A program made the translations under genes and the position numbers. From Prochlorococcus marinus CUG1435 (lineage in GTDB: Bacteria; Cyanobacteriota; Cyanobacteriia; PCC-6307; Cyanobiaceae), in contig JAEPLP010000001.1 in assembly GCA_017644375.1 (NCBI GenBank), positions 905,421 through 969,420 of the forward strand: 64,000 bases of DNA, written 5' to 3'. A model generated the notes under the pieces. The model saw only the letters and a program-made list of their open reading frames with translations, did no database searches and was not told the DNA's origin. Numbering within the stretch: the first letter of the stretch is position 1; every line of letters begins with the position of its first letter. Below, one piece after another: positions 10,419 to 20,078 of the stretch.

Positions 10419-11423
10419 TTAGAAGGGGTTTTCAAGTAAAATCGCATCTCCAGAATTATCTACAGCACTCTCTATAAAATCAGCAATTTTTAATGCTCTT
10501 GAGGCTTGCTCACCATCTACCTCAGGAGTTTCTTTTCCCTGAACGCATTTAAGAAAATGCTCCAGTTCTGCATAAAGAGGTTCTATGGAGGTTGTGCTAA
10601 CTTCTTCAACATATCCATCATTTCTATAAACTAATTCTCCATGCTCTGCTGTGTATGATTCATGAGACTTTCGATGGATTTGTAAAGAGTGATTTAAGAA
10701 ATCAGTTTCTACTAGACTGTTTTGGCAGTGAGCACTTAAATTTCTAATTTTTTTATGACTCATTTTGCTGGCAGTTAAGCTTGCAATAACATTATTTTTA
10801 AAAACTAAAGTAGCATTAACATAATCTATTAATCCTTCGCTATTTCTTCCTCCAACAGCTGCTAATTTTTGTATTTTTGAATTTACAAGCTCTAAAATAA
10901 GATCAATGTCATGAATCATTAAATCCATTACTACAGATACATCATTTGCTCTGTTTGCATGAGGACTATGCCTCCTCGCTTCTAAAACAACAATTTCTTC
11001 ATTATTAACTATTTTATTTAATTCTCTAAAAGCAGGATTAAATCTTTCAATATGCCCAACTTGTAAAAGACATTTACTTGCATTAGCCGCCTCTATTAAG
11101 GATTTCGCTTCCAACTCATTAGCTGCAATTGGTTTTTCAATGAGAACGTTAATACCTTCATTTAGACAATCTAGTCCTACCTTATGATGAAGTAGTGTGG
11201 GTACAGCGATACAAATAGCATCAACTTTTGGAATTAAGTCCTTATAATTTCTGAACCATTCACATTGAAATTGCTCGATAGCTAATTTGCCTCTTTCTTC
11301 ATTTGGGTCTGCAACTCCAATGAGATTTGCATCTTTGAGTAAACTTAATACTCGAGCATGATGCCATCCCATATTTCCTATACCTATGACTCCAACCTTT
11401 ACGGGTAATGAGGTTGGTTTCAT
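10419..11423 (-). CDS. Gfo/Idh/MocA-family NAD(P)-dependent oxidoreductase
   Basis: N-terminal Rossmann VGVIGIGNMGWHH, EKP motif (LIEKPIA), and a C-terminal alpha/beta domain. Confidence 0.8.
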   Translation of the reverse strand: MKPTSLPVKVGVIGIGNMGWHHARVLSLLKDANLIGVADPNEERGKLAIEQFQCEWFRNYKDLIPKVDAICIAVPTLLHHKVGLDCLNEGINVLIEKPIAANELEAKSLIEAANASKCLLQVGHIERFNPAFRELNKIVNNEEIVVLEARRHSPHANRANDVSVVMDLMIHDIDLILELVNSKIQKLAAVGGRNSEGLIDYVNATLVFKNNVIASLTASKMSHKKIRNLSAHCQNSLVETDFLNHSLQIHRKSHESYTAEHGELVYRNDGYVEEVSTTSIEPLYAELEHFLKCVQGKETPEVDGEQASRALKIADFIESAVDNSGDAILLENPF

Positions 11424-11476
11424 AACATTAAATCCATTTATTAAGTATTATCCTCCATAGGAAGCCACATTTAGCT

Positions 11477-12739
11477 TTAAGGAAGAATAATTTTAACACG
11501 ATCAATTTTCGGACCTGACATAGAAATAACTTCAAATTTAATGTTATTGAAATCTAAAACGTCTCCAATTTTTGGAACCATTTGAAATTTTTCAAGTAGA
11601 AATCCAGCAAGGGTATAATAATCTGTACCCTCTGGAATAGAACATCCTAACTTTTTATTGATATCTATAATTTCTGATTTTCCAGTTATTGACCATTTTC
11701 TAGAGAAATTATCTAACATTTTCATATCTGAATAAATTCTACTATTTAGCATTTCTTCTCCAACTATTTCTCCATTTAGATCAGCTGCAGTTATGAGCCC
11801 CTCTGTTCCACCGTGTTCATCAACTACTAGTAAAAAAGGATTGTATTCTCTGACTATTGGTAATATTTCTGCTAATGAACTTGTTTCTATTATTTTTGTT
11901 ACTGGTAATAGGAAGGGTTCCAATAATGTATCGGCTTGCATTTCTCCCTTTGATATTGGCTTAGCCAAATAACGCAAATCTAATACTCCTAATACATCAT
12001 CTAGAGACTCATCAATAACGAAGAAGCGTGCATGTCGAGTTTTGTCTACTTGTTTCATGAGTTCTGAGAAGGTTATATTTTTTGGCAAAGTTACCATTTC
12101 AGATCGTGGAATCATTACTTCTTTTACCTGTGTATCTTTTAAAGCAAAAACTCCCTCAAGAATATTTTTTTCATCTGGTTTTAAACCTGTAACATTATCT
12201 GTTTCTATAAGAGTTTCTAATTCACTTGCTGATAAACCCGAATTTAAGGAATCCCATTTGTTATTTAAATTAAATAAACCTAAACAGGCGCTGGCAAAGA
12301 ATTCAATAATCGTAACTATAGGTTGCATACCTTTTCTTACAGCATCAAATATGCTGGTTAACCTTAATGCTGCAGATTCTGGATTGTTGATTACAATTGC
12401 CTTAGGAATTAGTCCAGAAACAAGAGTAACTACTAAAACAATAAATAAAAATAGTACAAGATCATAAATTCTATTTGGCAAAATATTTTTTGTCCAATAA
12501 TCATTCGCTACGCTATTGCTGAGCCATCCAATTGCAATCAACGAAATTGTTACTCCAAATTGAGAAGCAATTAAGGAAGATCTAAATCGCTTTTGAATTT
12601 TTAGAATTGAAAATGCTCCTTTCTTTTTTTCTTCTATTAGTCTTAAAACTTTGCTTGGCCTTATCAATAAAAAAGAAAGTTCACTCGCTGCGAAAAAAGC
12701 TGGGAAAAATAAAATAAATAAAAGTAGAGTTATTTTCAT
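11477..12739 (-). CDS. DUF21/CNNM-type membrane protein with a CBS pair and a CorC/HlyC C-terminal domain (hemolysin-like)
   Basis: 420 aa: an N-terminal 4-TM DUF21 region, a CBS pair (VMIPRSEMV...), and a C-terminal transporter-associated domain. Confidence 0.8.
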   Translation of the reverse strand: MKITLLLFILFFPAFFAASELSFLLIRPSKVLRLIEEKKKGAFSILKIQKRFRSSLIASQFGVTISLIAIGWLSNSVANDYWTKNILPNRIYDLVLFLFIVLVVTLVSGLIPKAIVINNPESAALRLTSIFDAVRKGMQPIVTIIEFFASACLGLFNLNNKWDSLNSGLSASELETLIETDNVTGLKPDEKNILEGVFALKDTQVKEVMIPRSEMVTLPKNITFSELMKQVDKTRHARFFVIDESLDDVLGVLDLRYLAKPISKGEMQADTLLEPFLLPVTKIIETSSLAEILPIVREYNPFLLVVDEHGGTEGLITAADLNGEIVGEEMLNSRIYSDMKMLDNFSRKWSITGKSEIIDINKKLGCSIPEGTDYYTLAGFLLEKFQMVPKIGDVLDFNNIKFEVISMSGPKIDRVKIILP

Positions 12740-12757
12740 TCAATGACAAATGAATAA

Positions 12758-12830
12758 TGGGGGTGGCGAGGATCGAACTCGCCTTAGCCAAATTATGAGT
12801 TTGGTGCATTCACCAGATTGCTACACCCCC
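12758..12830 (-). tRNA. tRNA with CAU anticodon (elongator Met; a lysidine-modified Ile2 identity cannot be excluded)
   Basis: Hand-folded cloverleaf: acceptor GGGGGTG/CACCCCC, anticodon stem CCAAA/TTTGG with loop CT-CAT-AA, T arm GCGAG-TTCGATC-CTCGC. CCA is not encoded. Confidence 0.85.
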
Positions 12831-12840
12831 AAGGGAATCG

Positions 12841-12858
12841 ATGTAATTTCAATTACAT
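12841..12858. promoter_or_regulatory. Perfect palindrome ATGTAATT-TC-AATTACAT containing TGTA-N8-TACA (extended NtcA/CRP-family half-sites)
   Basis: Read directly. It lies between the 5' end of the tRNA (12830, minus strand) and pyrE (12972, plus strand). No correctly spaced -10 element is seen on the pyrE side. Confidence 0.3.
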
Positions 12859-12971
12859 TGAATTTCAATATACAATATAAAAATAATATTTCAAAAAATA
12901 CCTCATTAGTAAGTTTTTGTGAGATTTCTTTTTTTTCTTCTAATCTTTAAATATAAATTAAACTTTAACTA

Positions 12972-13532
12972 ATGGCTAATTTTTCGGAAAAGTATGATTT
13001 GAATAAAGCCAAATTACTAAGACTGTTAATTGAAAAATCCTATAAGCAAGGAAACTTCACTTTAGCTTCCGGTAAAAAAAGTAGTCATTATTTAAATTGT
13101 AAACCTGTTTCTTTAAATGGCGAAGGTCTCAACTTAATAAGTAATTTATTTTTTGATTTAAAAGACTCAAGGTCTAAGGCAGTAGCAGGAATGACATTAG
13201 GCGCAGATCCTCTAGTAAGTGGATTAATTGTAAAGGCAGCTTCTCAAGGTCAAAACCTTGATGGGTTAATAATTAGGAAAGAAATCAAAAGTTACGGCAC
13301 CAAAGCTGGAATAGAGGGCCCTATATTAGAAGAAGCCACCTTGGTAACTGTCTTGGAGGATGTGGTTACAACTGCTGGTTCAGTTATAAAAGCTATAAAA
13401 AAGTTAAGAGAAAATGATTATGTTGTTGAGGAAGTTTTGTCTATAGTTGATAGGCAAGAAGGGGGATTAGAAGCCCTTAATGATGAAAATGTTAAATTGA
13501 AGAGTCTTTTTACAATAAAAGACTTTTTATGA
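12972..13532 (+). CDS. pyrE: Orotate phosphoribosyltransferase
   Basis: 186 aa with a PRPP-binding loop [13 protein letters not shown] and an N-terminal FTLASGKKS motif. Confidence 0.9.
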   Translation: MANFSEKYDLNKAKLLRLLIEKSYKQGNFTLASGKKSSHYLNCKPVSLNGEGLNLISNLFFDLKDSRSKAVAGMTLGADPLVSGLIVKAASQGQNLDGLIIRKEIKSYGTKAGIEGPILEEATLVTVLEDVVTTAGSVIKAIKKLRENDYVVEEVLSIVDRQEGGLEALNDENVKLKSLFTIKDFL

Positions 13533-13542
13533 TTATTTCAAA

Positions 13543-14379
13543 ATGCAAGATATAAAAAAAAAGTTTTGGCTTGAAAAATTTGATTGTTTTTCTATTACTG
13601 GAAAAGATGCCAGAAAATTTTTGAATGGAATAACAACTGGTAATATTCTTGATTCAGAAAATAAAGTTATCAAAACTTGTTGGTTAAATCCAAATGGGGT
13701 TCTAAGGGCATTAATTGAAATTATTTTTTTAGAAAGAAACTTAGAAGTAATTATCTTGGCGGGTAACACTAATGAAATAATTGATTTCTTTAATCTAATT
13801 ATTTTTCCAGCGGACGATGTCCTTCTAAGTGAACCTTTCTTTGTAAATAGAATTCAGGAAATTGATGAATCTAGTTCATGGAGAACTTACAAGCCTATTT
13901 TCTTCAAAACAGAAGATGAAGAATTTGAAATATATAAAAATAAACTAAATTTACTAAATCCCAATGATTTAAAACTTTGGAAAATTAATCAGGCAATACC
14001 CTCATTAGAAATGGAAATAAACGGAAAAAATAATCCTCTTGAGCTTGGATTACAAGATCTTATAGATTTTAATAAAGGTTGTTATTTAGGACAAGAAACA
14101 ATGTCCAAAATAAAAAATGTTTCTTCTTTAAAACAGGAAATAAGAATTTGGCAATCGTTTGAATCTAATTTGAATTTAGACGTAGAAGATAAAAATTTAT
14201 ATATAAATTCTGTCAAGGATATTTCTGTAGGCAAAATCACTAGTTTTTTTAAATCAGATTCTCAAATAAAAGGGTTAGCAATGATAAAAAGAAAATACTT
14301 AGAGGAAGGAAGTTATTTTTTTTCAGAAATTTTTGGAAAAATTATTATTAATAAATCTGTAGGATCAATTTTTCTTTAA
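13543..14379 (+). CDS. YgfZ/GcvT-like folate-binding protein
   Basis: 278 aa carrying the YgfZ signature KGCYLGQE. Confidence 0.75.
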   Translation: MQDIKKKFWLEKFDCFSITGKDARKFLNGITTGNILDSENKVIKTCWLNPNGVLRALIEIIFLERNLEVIILAGNTNEIIDFFNLIIFPADDVLLSEPFFVNRIQEIDESSSWRTYKPIFFKTEDEEFEIYKNKLNLLNPNDLKLWKINQAIPSLEMEINGKNNPLELGLQDLIDFNKGCYLGQETMSKIKNVSSLKQEIRIWQSFESNLNLDVEDKNLYINSVKDISVGKITSFFKSDSQIKGLAMIKRKYLEEGSYFFSEIFGKIIINKSVGSIFL

Positions 14380-15780
14380 TTGATTTTTGATTAAATATTC
14401 TGCAATTTGTAGAGTAGCCAAACAATCATCTTTATTATATTCGATAATTTTTTTTAAAAATATTTCGTTTTCTGTAATTTGATATTGGATCCACCAATAA
14501 AGAGCTTTCGAGCCACTCACATTTTTCTGCATCCATTCAAATCCAAGCCAATTAGAAACAGTTTTTAAACTATAGTTTTTTAGCGGTAATATCCAAGACT
14601 TTCGTATTAAGGTATGTAAGTCTATAAATCTTGAGGCAAGTGAATCAATTTCTTCAAAACTAAAATTTAGGTTTTTAGCAATATTAATTATTGCTATCTT
14701 TTCAGTTTCTCCATAATGTAAAACTGGCCATTCCTTCTGTGAAGAAAGGATTTCAATAATTGTCATGTAAGATTCTCCTTTGTTGTTGAGATTTAAAATT
14801 GGTTTATAGATAAGATCTTCTTTTTTTGTAAATAAATTATTTATTTTTAAAAAACCATATAAAAAGTCATGCTTTTCATCTGGATTTGACTCAATATCAA
14901 ATATATAAAATCCCGAACATGTTTTTTCTAGTAAATCGTTAGTATCATTTTTATTGGAAATGCGATATGGTTTCCCAGAAATATAAGCTTGTGCTTGCTT
15001 TACAAATAAGGACGCTTTTTCATGTTTTTGATCATTGAATTTAGATAATTTCTCTCCAAGTAGTTTTTCGCTATAAGAAGCTAATGTTTGGATATTAGAT
15101 ATTCGATTTTTTATGAGTAATATGGCCGTTTTGGATCCTATTCCATCTATATCTGTTAGATATCCATTTTCTTTTGCTTCTTTGTCACAAAATTTTTGCC
15201 ATGAACAAATAGTACATTTTTTCCTATCTTGAGTTATTTCTGGCATAAATCCCTCCAAGCATTCATTCAAATTTAGAAAAACATTCAAAACTTTTTTTCT
15301 TAATTTTTTATTTAAATAGATTTCTTCAACATTAACCTTTTTATTACTACTTGAAATTACTAATCCTTTCTCAATTTTAGATTCTTGAAAAGATTCCAAC
15401 AGCATAGAACTAAAAGCTAAGTCGAATAAATGTTCTTTAGTGGTTTTGTGGCCTAACTTATAAACAGCAGGTAAATATTTATATTTTCCCCATATACTTT
15501 TACCTTTAGTCTTTACAAGTAATTGTGGACGTATCTCTGCGTTAATATTTTGGATAAGATTCCCTTTGATTTTAAATCCAATTACCCCTTGATAGCCATT
15601 TTCACAGGCTTTTAATCCTGTGTATATTTCACTATTACAAAATTCAGAGAAAATTTGAAACTGATTAATTTTTTCTATAGCTTTATGAGGAGACCAAACT
15701 TCATAAGATTTTTTACCCTTAAAATCTAGCCATGCTTTTCTTTTGCATCTTGTAAAACTTTTTAAATGAAGAGAATTCAA
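14365..15780 (-). CDS. RecB-family (TM0106-type) putative nuclease with an HhH motif and an RNase H-like C-terminal domain
   Basis: 471 aa with an N-terminal PD-(D/E)xK-like region, a Cys cluster CTICSWQKFC, an HhH motif GIGSKTAILL, and a C-terminal YIFDIES exonuclease-like motif. Confidence 0.7.
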   Translation of the reverse strand: MNSLHLKSFTRCKRKAWLDFKGKKSYEVWSPHKAIEKINQFQIFSEFCNSEIYTGLKACENGYQGVIGFKIKGNLIQNINAEIRPQLLVKTKGKSIWGKYKYLPAVYKLGHKTTKEHLFDLAFSSMLLESFQESKIEKGLVISSSNKKVNVEEIYLNKKLRKKVLNVFLNLNECLEGFMPEITQDRKKCTICSWQKFCDKEAKENGYLTDIDGIGSKTAILLIKNRISNIQTLASYSEKLLGEKLSKFNDQKHEKASLFVKQAQAYISGKPYRISNKNDTNDLLEKTCSGFYIFDIESNPDEKHDFLYGFLKINNLFTKKEDLIYKPILNLNNKGESYMTIIEILSSQKEWPVLHYGETEKIAIINIAKNLNFSFEEIDSLASRFIDLHTLIRKSWILPLKNYSLKTVSNWLGFEWMQKNVSGSKALYWWIQYQITENEIFLKKIIEYNKDDCLATLQIAEYLIKNQLKKN

Positions 15781-15859
15781 ATTATTTTTAAGGGCGGTTT
15801 TAAAATTTACTCATATAAATTAGTATAGATAATTAGAATAAATCAAGGAAATTTTAAAT

Positions 15860-17314
15860 TTGACAGCTGACAAATTAGATAAGATAAAATTTGGAACTGA
15901 TGGGTGGAGAGGAATTATTGGATTTGATTTTAATTTATCCAACCTTTCGAGAGTTGTTGTTGCTTCATGCCAGGAGTTGCATTATCAATACTATAAAGAA
16001 GTTAATTCAAAGAAAATTATTATTGGATATGATCGTAGATTTATGGCTTGTGAATTTGCCAAGCAAATAGTACCTTTTGTAAGAGGATGTGGTTTAGAAC
16101 CGCTCTTATCTAATAGCTTTGTTACAACTCCCTCTTGTAGTTTCTATGCCAAAGAATTCAGATGTCTTGGAGCATTAGTAATTACAGCAAGTCATAATCC
16201 ATATAATTGGCTAGGTCTGAAAATAAAGAGCTTTAACGGATGTTCTGTTGACGAATCTTTTACAAGTGAAATTGAAAAAAGATTAATGCTTGGAAATTCA
16301 ATTGAAAAAGTAGATGGTGCTAATCAATTGGTAGATATTAAGAAATTTCATTTAGATAGAATAAAATCCCATTTTGATATTGACTTTATTTCCAGTAGAT
16401 TGAAAAAAATGAAATTGAGAATTTTTGTAGATTCTATGCATGGTTCAGCTGCAAATTGTATGGCTGAGATTTTTGCTTCTAATGATCTAGAAGTTCTTTC
16501 AGAAATCAGGAAAGATTCTGATCCTTTTTTTGGAGGAAAACCTCCTGAACCTCTTTTAAATTATGTAGATGATCTAAATCAAATACTAAGGAAAAATTCA
16601 GCAAATGAAGAGAAAACTCTAGGAATTATATTTGATGGTGATGGTGACAGAATCGCGGCAATTGATGAAAAAGGAAGATACTCTAGCACTCAAGATTTAA
16701 TCCCATACTTTATTAGCTATTTGGGCGAAATTAAAAATAATTCTTATCCAGTTTTAAAGACTGTTAGTGGTTCAGATATTATTAAGAATATTTCAGAGAG
16801 TCAAAATAGAGATGTTTTTGAACTTCCAGTTGGCTTTAAATATATTGCTGAAAAAATGATTAAAGAGAAAATATTTATTGGAGGAGAAGAATCTGGGGGA
16901 GTTGGTTTTGGTGACTTTATGCCTGAAAGAGATGCTGTATATGCAGCGATGGTTTTATTAAATGGAATTGCTGAAAAATCTCAATATTTATATGAAACCT
17001 TAGATGAAATTCAAGAAGATTTTGGACCAAGTTTTTATAAAAGAATTGATATTAAATTTCTAAATCAGTCAAAAAAAAATAACGTAAAAGAATTTATAAT
17101 AAATAATATTCCTGAGAAGATTAATAATCACAAGTTAAAAAGTATCTCAAAGATTGATGGAATAAAGTTGAGAATTGATAAAAATTTTTGGCTTCTTTTT
17201 AGGTTTTCAGGAACGGAACCTCTATTAAGGTTATATTGTGAAGCACCAAAAGAATCTTATTTAGATGAGTTATTAGATTGGGGTCAAGTATTTATAAATT
17301 TGGCAGGAAAATAA
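15860..17314 (+). CDS. Phosphoglucomutase/phosphomannomutase-family protein
   Basis: FGTDGWRG N-terminus, active-site TASHNP, metal loop FDGDGDR, sugar loop GGEESGG. TTG start. Confidence 0.85.
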   Translation: MTADKLDKIKFGTDGWRGIIGFDFNLSNLSRVVVASCQELHYQYYKEVNSKKIIIGYDRRFMACEFAKQIVPFVRGCGLEPLLSNSFVTTPSCSFYAKEFRCLGALVITASHNPYNWLGLKIKSFNGCSVDESFTSEIEKRLMLGNSIEKVDGANQLVDIKKFHLDRIKSHFDIDFISSRLKKMKLRIFVDSMHGSAANCMAEIFASNDLEVLSEIRKDSDPFFGGKPPEPLLNYVDDLNQILRKNSANEEKTLGIIFDGDGDRIAAIDEKGRYSSTQDLIPYFISYLGEIKNNSYPVLKTVSGSDIIKNISESQNRDVFELPVGFKYIAEKMIKEKIFIGGEESGGVGFGDFMPERDAVYAAMVLLNGIAEKSQYLYETLDEIQEDFGPSFYKRIDIKFLNQSKKNNVKEFIINNIPEKINNHKLKSISKIDGIKLRIDKNFWLLFRFSGTEPLLRLYCEAPKESYLDELLDWGQVFINLAGK

Positions 17315-17316
17315 GG

Positions 17317-17892
17317 ATGAAAAATTTATATTTAGCGAGTAAGAATAAAGGTAAAATTGAAGAATATAAGAAATTACTTGCTGGAGTTAATTGTAAATTA
17401 TTACTTCAGCCAGAATCATTAGAAGTTGAAGAGGATGGACTGACATTTAGAGATAATGCAATTAAAAAAGCGAGTGAAGTTTCGAGAAAAACAAATAATT
17501 TCTCAATAGCAGATGATTCAGGAATTTGTATCGAAGCACTAGATGGGAAGCCTGGCATTTACTCATCTAGATATGCAGAAAATGATCAGAAGAGAATTGA
17601 ACGGGTTTTAAAAGAACTTGATGGAGTTCAAAACAGAAGTGCTTTCTTTATTGCCAATATTTGTGTTTGTTCACCAAATGGTGAAGTAATTATTGAATCT
17701 GAAGCCAAATGTCATGGCAATATTATCTTAAACCCAAGAGGAAAAGGTGGTTTTGGGTATGACCCAATTTTTGAGGAGATTTCTACCAGATTAACTTTCG
17801 CAGAAATGAATAATGATATTAAAGACTCTTGTAGTCATAGAGGTAAAGCATTAAAAGAAGTTATTCCAGATTTAATTGAAATTTTTTCTTAA
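17317..17892 (+). CDS. rdgB: dITP/XTP pyrophosphatase (RdgB/HAM1)
   Basis: Starting at ATG 17317 (MKNLYLASKNKGKIEEY) removes an implausible overlap with the upstream gene. Contains the GFGYDPIF motif. Confidence 0.9.
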   Translation: MKNLYLASKNKGKIEEYKKLLAGVNCKLLLQPESLEVEEDGLTFRDNAIKKASEVSRKTNNFSIADDSGICIEALDGKPGIYSSRYAENDQKRIERVLKELDGVQNRSAFFIANICVCSPNGEVIIESEAKCHGNIILNPRGKGGFGYDPIFEEISTRLTFAEMNNDIKDSCSHRGKALKEVIPDLIEIFS

Positions 17893-17894
17893 AT

Positions 17895-19418
17895 TCAATT
17901 AACCCAAGATCCATGAAGGCCATGAGGAATTGCAATGGGTAATTCATAAACAGCTAATTCTTTTAAGTCTTTTGCGTTTAAGATCACTAAATCGCTTCCT
18001 CTTCTTTCTCCGTTCCATAGAAGTATAAATAAAAATCCCTCATCTTCTTTTGAAGAGTTTTCTGATGGAACCATAATTGGTTCACTTACGAATCCACTTG
18101 GACCTGCTGACCAATAAGTCTCTTCCTTAGAAGTTAAATTTATTTTTTTTATTGCTTGAAGTGGAGCGTTACCCATCTTTTGAGATGTGCTTGCCATCCA
18201 ACTAAAAGTTGTTGTTAATCCTAAGTTTTTAGGATTAACAACCGCAAATTCACAACATTGTTCGCTTAAAGTTTCAAGTTCACTAGTTTTTTTCTTTAGA
18301 TCGATAATTGATCTTTTCAGTTTTCCTTCTGGATATTTATCAAAGTCAATATCCCTAAAATTTTCGTCTGGACCAACTGATGGGAAATCATCATAAAAAA
18401 TACTATCTAATACGATTTTGGAATCTTTTTCAAATGCATTTACATGATGAAAAACGAATCCTTCTGGAGCATCTATTGTTAACGGTGGTTGACCTCTAAA
18501 TAATCCACTTTCTCTGGGAATGATAAAAAACTTTGCCTTTTTATTTGGGTTTGACTTTAGACATTGTGCTGCTCCTCTTTGACCCATTACAAATGGAAGA
18601 GGATTGAAATCAATAGCATTCTGTAAAAATATTGCCCAATTAGTTGTAATTGCGAAATCATGAAGGAATGCAAAGCCATTAAAGGTATCTTTTCTGTCGA
18701 AAATAAGCTCTCCAGAATTTGTACCAGCATTATTAAATTCCATTAATCTAATGGTACTTTTTGGCCCGGTTTGTACTCCAAAAGTGACTAAAAGTTCTGA
18801 AGATGCATTTGAGTTTAGGTCTGTTTTGGGATGAGCACTGAACGCTTCGTTAGGCCCGAGTACACCTTTTAATGTTGTTAAACCAATAGTGTCAAGAGTA
18901 TCAGGATCCAATGCATGTGGACCAGCTGCTTCCCATAATGCGAGAATTTCATCTCCTAATTTAACGACATGAGTATTAGCGATATTCTTAAATTTTAGAT
19001 CTAATGCATTATTTATAATTCCGCCGCTTTTTTGGGTCCCGAAAACACCTCTATAAATAAATTTATTTATTTTTTCTTCTTCCAGATAACCTTTAGTTTT
19101 AACAAATCTATTTGTTAAGAATGGCTGACCATTTTCGAATTTTATGGATGTGATCATACCATCACCATCAAATGGATGATGAACCCATTGTCCTCCTCTC
19201 TTTAATATCCCTGGTCCATTTCTTAATAATGTTCCGTTTAAACTTTTAAGAATTTTCCCTCTGCTAATTATTAAAGGCTCATTGGTTAGCTCATTTTCTA
19301 CATTTTGATACGCACTGGACCAGTCTTCTTTATTAAAACTTTTAATTTTATCAATTTTTTTATCTTGTAAATTAGTCACAACAAAATGATTTCTATATCT
19401 ATCTTCTCCAAAAATCAA
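17895..19418 (-). CDS. Carotenoid cleavage dioxygenase (RPE65 family, apocarotenoid oxygenase-like)
   Basis: 507 aa with the four spaced iron-ligand His contexts (AHPK, FLHDF, VFHHVNAF, PHGLHG). Confidence 0.85.
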   Translation of the reverse strand: MIFGEDRYRNHFVVTNLQDKKIDKIKSFNKEDWSSAYQNVENELTNEPLIISRGKILKSLNGTLLRNGPGILKRGGQWVHHPFDGDGMITSIKFENGQPFLTNRFVKTKGYLEEEKINKFIYRGVFGTQKSGGIINNALDLKFKNIANTHVVKLGDEILALWEAAGPHALDPDTLDTIGLTTLKGVLGPNEAFSAHPKTDLNSNASSELLVTFGVQTGPKSTIRLMEFNNAGTNSGELIFDRKDTFNGFAFLHDFAITTNWAIFLQNAIDFNPLPFVMGQRGAAQCLKSNPNKKAKFFIIPRESGLFRGQPPLTIDAPEGFVFHHVNAFEKDSKIVLDSIFYDDFPSVGPDENFRDIDFDKYPEGKLKRSIIDLKKKTSELETLSEQCCEFAVVNPKNLGLTTTFSWMASTSQKMGNAPLQAIKKINLTSKEETYWSAGPSGFVSEPIMVPSENSSKEDEGFLFILLWNGERRGSDLVILNAKDLKELAVYELPIAIPHGLHGSWVN

Positions 19419-19446
19419 CTAAATTGTGGCTGATTTGAAAAAATTC

Positions 19447-20058
19447 CTATTTTGTTGGATTTTCTAGCATGCCTTTACTGCTTGGAATTGAATCAGTTCT
19501 TCTCAGATCTATTTCGGTGGCCATTCTCATTGCTCTTGAAAAAGCTTTAAAGCAAGCCTCAACTATATGATGTGAATTACTACCTCGTATTTGATTAATA
19601 TGCAGAGTAATACCGCTGTTATTTACAAAAGCAATAAAAAACTCTCTAACTAGTTCAGTATCATAGTTTCCTATTCTAGGAGCTTTTAATTGAAGATCAT
19701 AAGATAGATGTGGTCTTCCAGAACAGTCTAAAGTGACTTGAACTAATGCTTCATCTAATGGGGCAAAGAAATGTCCAAATCTGCTTATTCCTTTTCTTTC
19801 TCCCAAAGCTTTTGAAAATGCTTTACCTAATGCGATTCCAACATCTTCATTTGTATGATGATCATCAATATGGGTATCTCCAATTGCTGTTATTTTTAAA
19901 TCGAATAAACCATGACTTGATATTTGATGAAGCATATGGTCTAAGAATGGTATTCCGGTATCAATTTCAGAAATTCCATTGCCATCTATGTTTATAAATA
20001 CAGAAATATCTGTTTCATTCGTTTTTCTTTTTATTTCAGATCGCCTTTGAGATGACAT
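19447..20058 (-). CDS. hisB: Imidazoleglycerol-phosphate dehydratase
   Basis: [15 protein letters not shown] and SNSHHIVEA motifs. Confidence 0.95.
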   Translation of the reverse strand: MSSQRRSEIKRKTNETDISVFINIDGNGISEIDTGIPFLDHMLHQISSHGLFDLKITAIGDTHIDDHHTNEDVGIALGKAFSKALGERKGISRFGHFFAPLDEALVQVTLDCSGRPHLSYDLQLKAPRIGNYDTELVREFFIAFVNNSGITLHINQIRGSNSHHIVEACFKAFSRAMRMATEIDLRRTDSIPSSKGMLENPTK

Positions 20059-20078
20059 TTTTATGCAAAAAACTTAGT

